A stretch of DNA of 47,310 bases, taken from the NCBI GenBank assembly GCA_051872415.1, contig JBJEDW010000042.1, positions 1 to 47,310 of the forward strand. The letters run 5' to 3'. How positions within the stretch are numbered: the first letter of the stretch is position 1; every line of letters begins with the position of its first letter. This DNA is from Bacilli bacterium (GTDB lineage: Bacteria > Bacillota_I > Bacilli_A > RF39 > UBA660). Positions 9,466 through 18,470 of the stretch are shown piece by piece. The notes under the pieces were generated by a model. That model did not search any database. It saw only the letters and a program-made list of their open reading frames with translations, and was not told the DNA's origin. Made by a program: the position numbers and the translations under genes.

Positions 9466-10404
9466 TTAATCTCTCCTTTTTAATAATATTTTTTTTACAC
9501 TTTCAATTGTTTCATTTTCACAATCAATCCCCTGAATCATTTTTGTAACAAATGTATCTGAAAAATCAAATTTATTTCTATAATGTCCAACTAATTCATT
9601 CATATAATTTTTTTGACTTGGAAAAGAATTATCTCCCATAACATAACTATCCATTATTCTATCAATTTGCTCTGGTGGAATATATTCCATTTTTAAATTA
9701 GTAGAATGTAAGTCATAATCACATAAAATAATCGTATTAAAACTAACATTTGATTTCATAGAGGTTTGAAAATAAATTGGAATATCTTTATTTTCAATGA
9801 ATGTTTTACTTATTTCAGAAATATGATATGAATCAATTTTATCTGATATATTAGAAATATCATTGTCAGATATTCCCATTGAAAAAGGAATTCCACATAT
9901 TTTTGTTTCATCTTTACATTTTTTTATTGCAATCCTATCGTTTGCAACAAATCCATAACCATTTTGTAATAGTTTAATCAATAAAGTTGTTTTACCACTT
10001 CCAGCATTTCCTGTGATAATTACTCCTTTATCATCCTTATATGCACATGCACCATGTAAAATACAATATCCTTCTTTTTGAAAAACCTTAATCCACGTAG
10101 TGGTAAAAATTCTTTTTACAAATGATTTCTTTTCGCTTGAATAATATGGTAAATAAACATTTAAACTATTACCATTCTTTTTTATATAATTATACGAAGT
10201 ATCATTTTTTTCTTTATCCATATATTTGGGATCTTCTGGAATACCTATTAAAAAGTTTATTTCATATTTTATATCAGTTATAGGGTCATTATAATAATCA
10301 CCAAACATATCTATTAAATCATCAATAATTTCACTACAAAAAGAATTAACTTTTATTGATATATCATTACATGAAAATATATAGTTACTCACTTGTTCTA
10401 TCAC
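9466..10404 (-). CDS. HPr-kinase C-terminal-domain-like P-loop protein (HprK-related kinase)
   Basis: LHGACAYKDDKGVIITGNAGSGKTTLLIKLLQNGYGFVANDRIAI matches the HprK-like pattern (H-G ... G-x-S-G-x-GK-[ST] ... DD/ND). Confidence 0.6.
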   Translation of the reverse strand: MIEQVSNYIFSCNDISIKVNSFCSEIIDDLIDMFGDYYNDPITDIKYEINFLIGIPEDPKYMDKEKNDTSYNYIKKNGNSLNVYLPYYSSEKKSFVKRIFTTTWIKVFQKEGYCILHGACAYKDDKGVIITGNAGSGKTTLLIKLLQNGYGFVANDRIAIKKCKDETKICGIPFSMGISDNDISNISDKIDSYHISEISKTFIENKDIPIYFQTSMKSNVSFNTIILCDYDLHSTNLKMEYIPPEQIDRIMDSYVMGDNSFPSQKNYMNELVGHYRNKFDFSDTFVTKMIQGIDCENETIESVKKILLKRRD

Positions 10405-10427
10405 TTCCTTAATTCTCTCTTAAAATA

Positions 10428-11411
10428 TTATTTTCGTACTCTTTTATATTCATCTAAAAATTCTTTATCCATAATTTCTCTTATAAAATCATCTCTAAAT
10501 TCAATCATAAATTTTATATTATTAATTATTTCTTCATAAGATATTGCAAGTTTTTCGCAAATTGGATTTAATTCATTATATAATACCAATTTTGATGAAT
10601 TTGTGAATTCATCATAAGATAGATGTCTATATAGATTTATTTCAAAATTGCAATACTCTATCGATTCATCTATTGGATTTAGTTTAATATATGCCCTTTT
10701 ATTCACATTCTTACTAAATATAATTGCCTTATAATTACTCAATAATTTATAACTAATAGGAAATAATAATTCTCCCACGTTTTCAGTTCTAAAATTTGGA
10801 TTAAATATTTCGTATAATCTATGTGGATAATTTGTATATGAATATTGGCTTTTTCCAAATGCATCTAGTGCATATGGATAATCATCATCTCCTGTTTTTT
10901 TTATTTCTATTTTTAAATCTGGCTGATCGCAAATAGTAGATGTTCTATCTTTTTCAAAAACCATTGGTTCTTTTATTTTTAATCCTGGATCATATATAAC
11001 ATAATTTACCGAATCATCTTTAACTGTTGGATATAATAAAGAAATATGTGATTCCTTTACTTTTTTATCTCCAATGGATAATGCATAATTATTTGCTTTA
11101 TGTGATAAAAAATATGTTCTTACTCCATAATTATTTAATTTTTCTTTTAATACTTTGCATAAGTAATAACAATTATATCTAGTAGTTTCAAAATCAGCAA
11201 CTTTTAAAGAATTATATGTATCAATTAAAGACTTTATATAATTTTCCCTTAATAAAGTAATCATATCAAAGCTATTAATTGAATATTCTTCCAAAACTTC
11301 ATCTATCAAACTTGTAGTTTCTTCAATTATTTTTTCATCATATTTAGGAAATTCGTCCCCACTTAATCTTTGTTTTATAATACTAAATTCTTTGTCTCTT
11401 ATAATTTCCAC
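10428..11411 (-). CDS. hypothetical protein (possible Cys/His/Asp papain- or NAT-like fold)
   Basis: 327-aa ORF in the operon. Ordered NCYYLC ... SHISLLY ... VIYDPG could form a C-H-D triad, which is speculative. The GTG start overlaps the upstream gene by 29 nt. Confidence 0.5.
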   Translation of the reverse strand: MEIIRDKEFSIIKQRLSGDEFPKYDEKIIEETTSLIDEVLEEYSINSFDMITLLRENYIKSLIDTYNSLKVADFETTRYNCYYLCKVLKEKLNNYGVRTYFLSHKANNYALSIGDKKVKESHISLLYPTVKDDSVNYVIYDPGLKIKEPMVFEKDRTSTICDQPDLKIEIKKTGDDDYPYALDAFGKSQYSYTNYPHRLYEIFNPNFRTENVGELLFPISYKLLSNYKAIIFSKNVNKRAYIKLNPIDESIEYCNFEINLYRHLSYDEFTNSSKLVLYNELNPICEKLAISYEEIINNIKFMIEFRDDFIREIMDKEFLDEYKRVRK

Positions 11412-12168
11412 TTTTGTTTTCCCTCACTTTATTTGTAGATAAAGATTGTTTTTTCATTGAATAATTATCCATTAAAATAAACAATTCTTCTAAATCCATA
11501 TCACTATACAAAAATTTTTCTATTAAGCTTAACTTATCTAAATAAACATGGTTATCATTTATTTCATTAGGTTCTTCATACTCAAGCATTGTTTTAATTT
11601 TTGAATATGCTTTTTCTAGTATTTCTTTTGTTTCAGATTTCAAAAGTGCTTTTAAAGTATATCCCAATATTCCAGCAATAGTTATATTTTCATTCAAGAA
11701 ACTATCTCTAAACTGAATCAAATTTTCTGACTCAATATTTTTGATTTTGTTTTTGTATAAACATGGAGTTAAATCTACATATACTAACTCTTCATCGTTA
11801 TATATAAAATTTTTTAAATTCCAATCTAAGCATAAATTTTCATCTTGTTTACATAATTTATATAAATTAGCATATTTTGAAAATATTTGTAATTTATAAT
11901 CAATATCATATTTTTTTTCAGATAGTATATCTTCTAAAGTAGAACCTTCAATATATTCTTGAATTAAAACTTTGTAATTGGAAAATTCTAATTCATCATA
12001 AATTCTTGCTGTTTTTATTCCTAATCTATTAATATCTTGTTCATATTGTTTAACATTTTCAAAATTTATCTCAGACATAACTTGATTGAATATTTCATCA
12101 CCACTTTTAGAAATCTTAATTATATATTTATCTAATTTAAATACATCATTGAATGTTCCACTTTCCAT
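11383..12168 (-). CDS. protein-kinase-fold (APH/choline-kinase-like) protein, divergent
   Basis: A lysine-containing N-lobe (YIIKISK), the hinge IQEYIEG, the catalytic-loop-like DWNLKN (DxxxxN) and VYVDL. Confidence 0.5.
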   Translation of the reverse strand: MESGTFNDVFKLDKYIIKISKSGDEIFNQVMSEINFENVKQYEQDINRLGIKTARIYDELEFSNYKVLIQEYIEGSTLEDILSEKKYDIDYKLQIFSKYANLYKLCKQDENLCLDWNLKNFIYNDEELVYVDLTPCLYKNKIKNIESENLIQFRDSFLNENITIAGILGYTLKALLKSETKEILEKAYSKIKTMLEYEEPNEINDNHVYLDKLSLIEKFLYSDMDLEELFILMDNYSMKKQSLSTNKVRENKSGNYKRQRI

Positions 12169-13024
12169 TTTTTATTTCCCCCAAAAACTTTTTTGTTATT
12201 TTATAATTAAGTTTATAAAAATCAGTATCTTGTTGATTGTTTATAACACACCAATATAAAGAAGTATATGAATCAAAGAAACTATAAAAGTTTAACTTGT
12301 CATCAAAAAAATCATCTAATTCTTTTATTTCTTTATATCCATTTAATAAAATATTAAAGTTTCTTTTATTAAATATTCTATTCATTTTTACAAAGTCAAA
12401 AATATAATCACCATTTTTCATACTTTCCAAATCTATTATTCCAACATTATGATTAGTACCAAAAATAACATTACCTATTCTAAAGTCCATATGACAAATA
12501 CTATTTTTATAATTATTTTTTATTTTTTTATTAATATAATTATTTAATGTATCATAAATTAAATCATTGTCTTTTTTTGTAAAAATTTCTTTAGTTACTG
12601 CAGATGTTTTATCTAAACAATTATTTAAATATGTAATCCAGGAATCATCATCTTTATCTATAATTTTACAACTATGTATTTTAGCTAATAATTTACCTAC
12701 TTCAAATATAGCATTTTTATCTAAATTATTACATTCTTCATCAAATATACTTTTACCTTCAAATTTAGTAAATATATTATATTCATATTCACCATAAGTA
12801 CCACTATCAATAACTTTTGAGGTAGGAACAAAATCATATAAATAATTATAATATTTTGCTTCATTAATTCTTTTTGATAAAGTTTTTGATATTTTAAAAA
12901 TATATTCTTCATCTGTTGAATTTACAATATATACTTTAGAATTATATGAATTTGTTGCTAGCTTAATTTTCTTAGCCTCAATATTATTTTTTTTAAATAT
13001 TTCTATTATATCTTTCTTTTTCAT
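12146..13024 (-). CDS. aminoglycoside/choline-kinase family phosphotransferase
   Basis: Brenner-type motif CHMDFRIGN (HxDxxxxN) followed by GIIDLE. The N-lobe has YIFKISK. Confidence 0.75.
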   Translation of the reverse strand: MKKKDIIEIFKKNNIEAKKIKLATNSYNSKVYIVNSTDEEYIFKISKTLSKRINEAKYYNYLYDFVPTSKVIDSGTYGEYEYNIFTKFEGKSIFDEECNNLDKNAIFEVGKLLAKIHSCKIIDKDDDSWITYLNNCLDKTSAVTKEIFTKKDNDLIYDTLNNYINKKIKNNYKNSICHMDFRIGNVIFGTNHNVGIIDLESMKNGDYIFDFVKMNRIFNKRNFNILLNGYKEIKELDDFFDDKLNFYSFFDSYTSLYWCVINNQQDTDFYKLNYKITKKFLGEIKNGKWNIQ

Positions 13025-13026
13025 AA

Positions 13027-14331
13027 CTACCTCTCTGTCTTTTTATATACAATATCTTTTTTTGTAAATTTACTAACAATTAATCTTTTTAAATATATTA
13101 TAAACCCAGACGGTCTAAATATAAACCAAATTGGAGAGATTAGAAATGCTAAAAGCACATTTAATTTATTATCCTTTTTAAAATTATTTATTTTTATAAT
13201 TATATAAGATGCTATACACCATAAGTAAGGAATTGATAGTAATAACCAAAAACCCATACTGAACTTAAATATTACAATCGAATATATATAATAACCAAAT
13301 ATAAAATATGGAAATATTGTAAAAACACTAAGATTACCTAAACCAATAATAAGCATTTTTATTTTTCCAAAAATATACTTATTACTTATATTTTTTATTT
13401 CGCTAAAAAATGTAAGTGTTCCTTTAAATATCAGTGTTGCACTATTCATATAACTATATAAATCATTATATATTAAAGTATAATTATATGATGGCAAATA
13501 AGAAAATTTTGCATTTTTTATGGACAATCTAAATCCTAATGTTAAATCATCTACAAAAAATGGAAATTTATCATTTTCAATTAATGTATTTAATTTTAAA
13601 TGCATGCAAGCACCCATACAATATTGTGGTATGGTGTGATTTGTTAAAGAGCAAAATAACAATTTAAATTTTTCGACTGCACAAGACCTTATTATATGTT
13701 GAAGTGTATATAAAACTAACATAACATTAGATGTTTTTTGTGATAAATCTTCATAATTTTTAAGACACAAAGGAACTTGCCCAATAACATCTGGATTATT
13801 TTTAAATTCTGCAACTACATTAACTTTCTCAAAAGTATCAAGTTCTGGTTTAGAATCAAAATCAAATACTGAAATATACGTATTTTCAAGATTTGGCTTT
13901 AAGTATTCGTTAATATAATCAATAGCATAGTTCATTTGTGATGATTTATTACCATTGGTTTTGGGATAATGCAAATGAATAAATCTATTATCTTTAATTT
14001 GTTTTAAATATTTATCTACTACAGTGTTAGTTGTTTGTTCTTTTACTTTATTTAATTTATATTCATTATCTTCTTTCTCACTAGTTATTATTATAAACTT
14101 TATTTTACCTTTGTATTTATATTTACTAAACCAATCTATTGTACTTTTTACTATTTTTTGTTCTTTAAGTGCTGGAAGTAATACATATATATCTTTATAT
14201 TTTTTAATTTTAATTCTTCCTAATTTTTTAATATATTTTTTTTCTAAGAAAATTGTCAATATAGTAAGTATAAAACCAAAAACATATATCACAAAAAGTG
14301 AAATAGCAATTATATTCAAAATTTTATTCAT
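13027..14331 (-). CDS. membrane-embedded family 2 glycosyltransferase
   Basis: An N-terminal TM helix, a GT-A core (VLLPALKEQ, DFD, FVDDLTLGFR) and several C-terminal TM helices. The start shares 1 nt with the upstream stop (TAATG). Confidence 0.7.
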   Translation of the reverse strand: MNKILNIIAISLFVIYVFGFILTILTIFLEKKYIKKLGRIKIKKYKDIYVLLPALKEQKIVKSTIDWFSKYKYKGKIKFIIITSEKEDNEYKLNKVKEQTTNTVVDKYLKQIKDNRFIHLHYPKTNGNKSSQMNYAIDYINEYLKPNLENTYISVFDFDSKPELDTFEKVNVVAEFKNNPDVIGQVPLCLKNYEDLSQKTSNVMLVLYTLQHIIRSCAVEKFKLLFCSLTNHTIPQYCMGACMHLKLNTLIENDKFPFFVDDLTLGFRLSIKNAKFSYLPSYNYTLIYNDLYSYMNSATLIFKGTLTFFSEIKNISNKYIFGKIKMLIIGLGNLSVFTIFPYFIFGYYIYSIVIFKFSMGFWLLLSIPYLWCIASYIIIKINNFKKDNKLNVLLAFLISPIWFIFRPSGFIIYLKRLIVSKFTKKDIVYKKTER

Positions 14332-15971
14332 TAATTAGACTCCTTTCTCCCTAACTGGTTATTTAAAATTTTAATTCCCTGTAAGAAAAATGCTAACTGT
14401 CTATCTGGATAGTCTTCATGTAGAGGTATCATAGATATAAATAATAGCCCTTCAATCAATTCTATATCATCTATATTAATACCTTTATTTTTAAGATATA
14501 AATCATAATAGCTATAATTGATGTTCTTGTAAAACAATATATTATATTTATTATTATCTTCTTTCTTCACTTCAAATAAATCATTTATTATCTCATCATA
14601 TCTTCCATGATAACTATGTCTTATTTTTGCCAAATCATATCTATAATCTCCATAGATAGTATCCTTACCAAAATTACCACGTGGATCAATAAATTTATAT
14701 ATCATATTTCTCGGAGAAAACAATATATTTACAAAGCAAGGATCTCCATGAATTATACTAATGAAATCATTTGTTGTTTCAATAATATGATTTAGTCTTT
14801 TTTCTAATTTTTCTAATAATGGTAAAATACCTAAATATTTTTCATTATTTATATAAATTACTTTTTTATTCTTTAATTCTTCATAATTCCATTCTTTCAA
14901 TCTACTTATTGTTTTATTCATTAATATTTCTTTAGTATAATTTTTAAAATTCATATTTTTTATTTTATTTGTATCATATATCTTAAATAATTTATCAATT
15001 AAATTCTTAAATATATATTCTTTACTATAATATGTTAATGGATAAAAAGTATAATATTCTGACAATGTTAAATAATCATAAAATTCTATTCCATATTTAT
15101 TTTCAGTTTCATCTACATCAAATAACTTTGGAGTAATTTTACTAAAATTTGTATTTTCTATTTGTTTAAACCATTTAATTTCAGAAGAAATACTTTCATT
15201 GTCACTTTTTTTAGATAAAACCCCAAATTCATCTAATGTTATATTATTATAAAATCTACAATTAAAACTATTTTTATTAGTCTTTGAATAACCTTCCAAA
15301 GTTCCTATATCTTGCCAGTTATCTATGTTTTCTATCAGTAATGGTTCTTTTTTTCTATACTCTTCAAAATATGATGATAGTTGATATTCACCTTTTATTT
15401 TTTCTATTTTGGTATTTAATACTTTTTTCAGTAATTTACTATTCTTGAAGAAATAAATTCCTACCGCTGCATCATTACTGTCAATATTAGTAGTAGGTTT
15501 ATCAATAATTTCTGTTATAACATTATTCTTATTCTTTATAATACAATATTTATATAACTCTTCATCTTTGACTTTTGAAGTACCTATCCAACTATTATTA
15601 TAATTTTTTGGATAACAACAAAAAGTATCGGATAATAGTAATAAAGTTGATTTACTTTCATTAATATAATCTTTTGTGATTTCAAGTGCTTTCCCAGGAC
15701 CAGAAAAATCATTTTGAATAATATAATTTATATTAATATCAATATTACAAAATGATTCATTTAAAAAATCTCTAATCATCATTTCATTTTCTTTATTAAC
15801 TACTAAAATTATTTCTTTTAAACCTTTTTTTATCAATGGAACAATCATATTGTAAATGAAAGGTTTTTGCTTAACGCTTAGTAACCCTTTTGGAAATCCC
15901 ATAGTAAGAGGATATAATCTTGAAGATTTACCACCCATCAAAATAATTAATTGTTTATCATTAAAATTCAT
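14331..15971 (-). CDS. fusion protein: sugar-phosphate nucleotidyltransferase (N-terminal) + APH/choline-kinase-like phosphotransferase (C-terminal)
   Basis: The N-terminal ILMGGKSSRLYPLTMGFPKGLL is the G-x-G-x-R-L ... PK nucleotidyltransferase signature. The C-terminus has IIHGDPCFVN (HGDxxxxN) and FIDPRG. Confidence 0.75.
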   Translation of the reverse strand: MNFNDKQLIILMGGKSSRLYPLTMGFPKGLLSVKQKPFIYNMIVPLIKKGLKEIILVVNKENEMMIRDFLNESFCNIDININYIIQNDFSGPGKALEITKDYINESKSTLLLLSDTFCCYPKNYNNSWIGTSKVKDEELYKYCIIKNKNNVITEIIDKPTTNIDSNDAAVGIYFFKNSKLLKKVLNTKIEKIKGEYQLSSYFEEYRKKEPLLIENIDNWQDIGTLEGYSKTNKNSFNCRFYNNITLDEFGVLSKKSDNESISSEIKWFKQIENTNFSKITPKLFDVDETENKYGIEFYDYLTLSEYYTFYPLTYYSKEYIFKNLIDKLFKIYDTNKIKNMNFKNYTKEILMNKTISRLKEWNYEELKNKKVIYINNEKYLGILPLLEKLEKRLNHIIETTNDFISIIHGDPCFVNILFSPRNMIYKFIDPRGNFGKDTIYGDYRYDLAKIRHSYHGRYDEIINDLFEVKKEDNNKYNILFYKNINYSYYDLYLKNKGINIDDIELIEGLLFISMIPLHEDYPDRQLAFFLQGIKILNNQLGRKESN

Positions 15972-15974
15972 ATA

Positions 15975-16814
15975 CTACCTCCTTAATTTTTTTATAAATT
16001 CCAAGCTTTCATCATCCTGTAAACCAATTTTTGGGGTACTTTTTTCATTATGAAAATCGCTTCCACAAGTCTTTAACAATCTAAATTTATCTGCTAAACT
16101 CTTAAGAAATATGATTTGTTTAGATGTTGTTTTATCCAAATTATTAATTTCTATTCCATCTAATCCTTGTTCTACTAGTGTTTTGACAAATAATTCTAAT
16201 TCTTCATTATCATATTTCATTGAAAAAGGATGAGCTAAAACAGCATAGCCACCATTATCTTTGATTAACTTTATTACATTATTAGCGGTTAGAGATACTT
16301 TTTTTTCATAACATGGAGATTCTTTACTCGTATATAAATATCCTGCTTGTATGTAATTATCAGCATAATTATTTTTTATTAACCAATTTGTTATATCACG
16401 TTTACTTAAAGTGCCATCTACTGAATTTAATAATAATTCTTCTATGTCAATTTTTATCCCATAAACTCTATAAATGTTTTCTATTATCTTTTTTATAACA
16501 TAAAAGTTTTTATTATTAATATCATCTAACGCATTTTTAACATTATATATATTTTCTATTCCATAACCTAAAATATGTAAAAATCTGTTTTCTTCAACAT
16601 CAAATTCAATAGCAGGTATTATTGCAACTTTTTGATTCTGTGAATATTTTTTAAAAAATTCTTTATTTATTTCTTCTTCGTTCTTTTTCTCTATATAATT
16701 GTGATCAGCAAATGATACCACTTCAAAATTGTTTTCATTAAAATATCTTAACAATTCCAATTTGCTATATTTCCCATCAGAACAACTACTGTGTATGTGT
16801 AAATCGTATTTCAT
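15975..16814 (-). CDS. PHP-domain phosphoesterase
   Basis: N-terminal YDLHIHSSCSDG and later HNY / HIL / AHP / SDFH metal-ligand-like histidines, typical of the PHP family. Confidence 0.75.
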   Translation of the reverse strand: MKYDLHIHSSCSDGKYSKLELLRYFNENNFEVVSFADHNYIEKKNEEEINKEFFKKYSQNQKVAIIPAIEFDVEENRFLHILGYGIENIYNVKNALDDINNKNFYVIKKIIENIYRVYGIKIDIEELLLNSVDGTLSKRDITNWLIKNNYADNYIQAGYLYTSKESPCYEKKVSLTANNVIKLIKDNGGYAVLAHPFSMKYDNEELELFVKTLVEQGLDGIEINNLDKTTSKQIIFLKSLADKFRLLKTCGSDFHNEKSTPKIGLQDDESLEFIKKLRR

Positions 16815-16816
16815 TT

Positions 16817-17188
16817 TTATCTTCCTATCAATTCATTTATTTCTTCTTTAGTTAAGTTTAATAATTCATTTGGTCTAATAGTTCTATCATCTACATAAAA
16901 GCCATTTTTCCCTGGATATGGTTTACCAAAAATAATTTCATCATATGGTATTTCCCATTTTGATAGCCATTTTTCAAGTATTGGTTTAGTATTTTTTAAA
17001 ATCAAATCTATATTACCATTATAAGTTCTCATGTTTCTAGCAGTAAATAAAACTATTTTATATCCATCTTTTTTTAATTCTCTTATTTTACTTACCATAT
17101 CAGGAAATGGTACTAAGTCTTCATATTTTTCTTCTTCTTTTTTTATAGGACAAATAGTTCCATCTATATCAAAAATTATTGAATTCAT
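16817..17188 (-). CDS. HAD-superfamily phosphatase-like protein
   Basis: Motif I IIFDIDGTI, motif II-like LFTAR, and a late DD. 4-nt overlap (ATGA) with the upstream gene. Confidence 0.65.
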   Translation of the reverse strand: MNSIIFDIDGTICPIKKEEEKYEDLVPFPDMVSKIRELKKDGYKIVLFTARNMRTYNGNIDLILKNTKPILEKWLSKWEIPYDEIIFGKPYPGKNGFYVDDRTIRPNELLNLTKEEINELIGR

Positions 17189-17718
17189 ATCTCATTCCTC
17201 CTGATTTTCAAAAATAATTCATTCCAGTTAGTAACTCTATTTTTAATATCTTTATATTTATTTTTATCATCAAATATTATTACTTTTATACTATCTTTTA
17301 GTTCATTATAAATGTCGATACTATCATCAATCATTAAATCTATCTTATTTTCCAGACATTCTTTTTTCTTATACTTTTCTGTTAGAATAAGTCTTTTATA
17401 TGGAATATTATATTGCTTTAAACTTTTTTCTGTAAATTCATACATATTTTCACAATATTCTTTACTTCTTGCTGAAATTATATATATTTCATTACCATCA
17501 TTAATAAGTTTATTTAAGTTTACTAAAACATCTTTTTTTAATTTCACATCCGAAAATATCAAATTTAAATTTTTCTTAATGTAATCCACTCTATTTTTTC
17601 TAATATTCCATAATTCATGTTCTGTTATATTTTTTTCCTTTAAATATAAACTCTGATATTTTTTATATTGTTCATCTGTACAAAAAATTGTATTATCTAA
17701 GTCAATACCAATCCTCAT
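17185..17718 (-). CDS. HAD-like nucleotidase/phosphatase
   Basis: Motif I IGIDLDNTI, IISARS, and IDDS near the C-terminus. First gene of the operon, with AGGAGG 8 nt upstream of the ATG. Confidence 0.6.
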   Translation of the reverse strand: MRIGIDLDNTIFCTDEQYKKYQSLYLKEKNITEHELWNIRKNRVDYIKKNLNLIFSDVKLKKDVLVNLNKLINDGNEIYIISARSKEYCENMYEFTEKSLKQYNIPYKRLILTEKYKKKECLENKIDLMIDDSIDIYNELKDSIKVIIFDDKNKYKDIKNRVTNWNELFLKIRRNEI

Positions 17719-17905
17719 TGTTTTTCTCCTCCTAAAATAAGAAAAAACGTCAATAAACTTTAATAAGTGTAAATGACGTTATTAGATATTAAAAAAAAAT
17801 TCATTTAAATTAGAGAATGAAAAACACTTATAATATATTAATTTTATAACACTATTATATAGTTTATCATACATAAAATCACCCTCTTTTCAAACAATTG
17901 ATAAT

Positions 17906-17934
17906 AATATACACTAAAACTAAACTAAAGTCAA
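17906..17934 (-). promoter_or_regulatory. candidate sigma-A-type promoter of the cargo operon (TTGACT-17-TATATT)
   Basis: On the minus strand the -35 TTGACT is at 17934..17929 and the -10 TATATT is at 17911..17906, with a 17-nt spacer. It is bracketed by the 10-bp inverted repeat AAACAATTGA/TCAATTGTTT (17892..17901 and 17931..17940). Confidence 0.45.
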
Positions 17935-18056
17935 TTGTTTTTAATTTATATATTTTTATTTATACATTTCTATTTCCAATATGAAAAGAACAATATTCTA
18001 TCATTCAAATAATGTTCTTTATTTTTTTGTACACATTACTAATGTGTTAATGCTTA

Positions 18057-18470
18057 TTATTTAACAATAATTTTTTTAATGTTAGGCCATGTTCCATAAT
18101 AATAGTTTCCAGATACTTTTTTAACTGCTCTTAATTTAAATTTATATGTTTTGTTAGAAGAAAGTTTTTTAACTTTGTAACTTGATTTTGAAACATAAAT
18201 ATATTTCCAAGTGTTTGAATTAGATTTTTTACAACCTATTTGATAAGTAACATTTCTTGCTGATACGTAATAAGAAACTTTAATTGCTTTTTTTCTTTGC
18301 TGCTGAATTTTTAATAACAATTTTAACAGATTTTATTTTGAAAGTTTTGGTTATTGTTCCTGCATAATTTCTTTTTATTGTTACTGTTGCATTTACAATA
18401 TATTTATTATTTCTATGGGAAACTGTGTAATCTTTCCCTTTTACTAAAGTTTTTTTAACACTTTTTACTA
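18057..18470 (-). pseudogene. frameshifted remnant of a cell-surface repeat protein (Fn3-like C-terminal module)
   Basis: The 87-aa ORF reads ...KVKKLSSNKTYKFKLRAVKKVSGNYYYGTWPNIKKI, which is Fn3-like. Another frame of 18320..18470 reads ...KDYTVSHRNNKYIVNATVTIKRNYAGTITKTFKI, a common clostridial surface-repeat pattern. There is no start codon or signal peptide. Confidence 0.5.

Noticed and set aside
18031-18047. Perfect 7-bp hairpin ACACATT-ACT-AATGTGT downstream of the surface-protein remnant.
   Set aside because: No U-tract follows it on either strand, so it is not a convincing intrinsic terminator. It could be a chance palindrome in AT-rich DNA.
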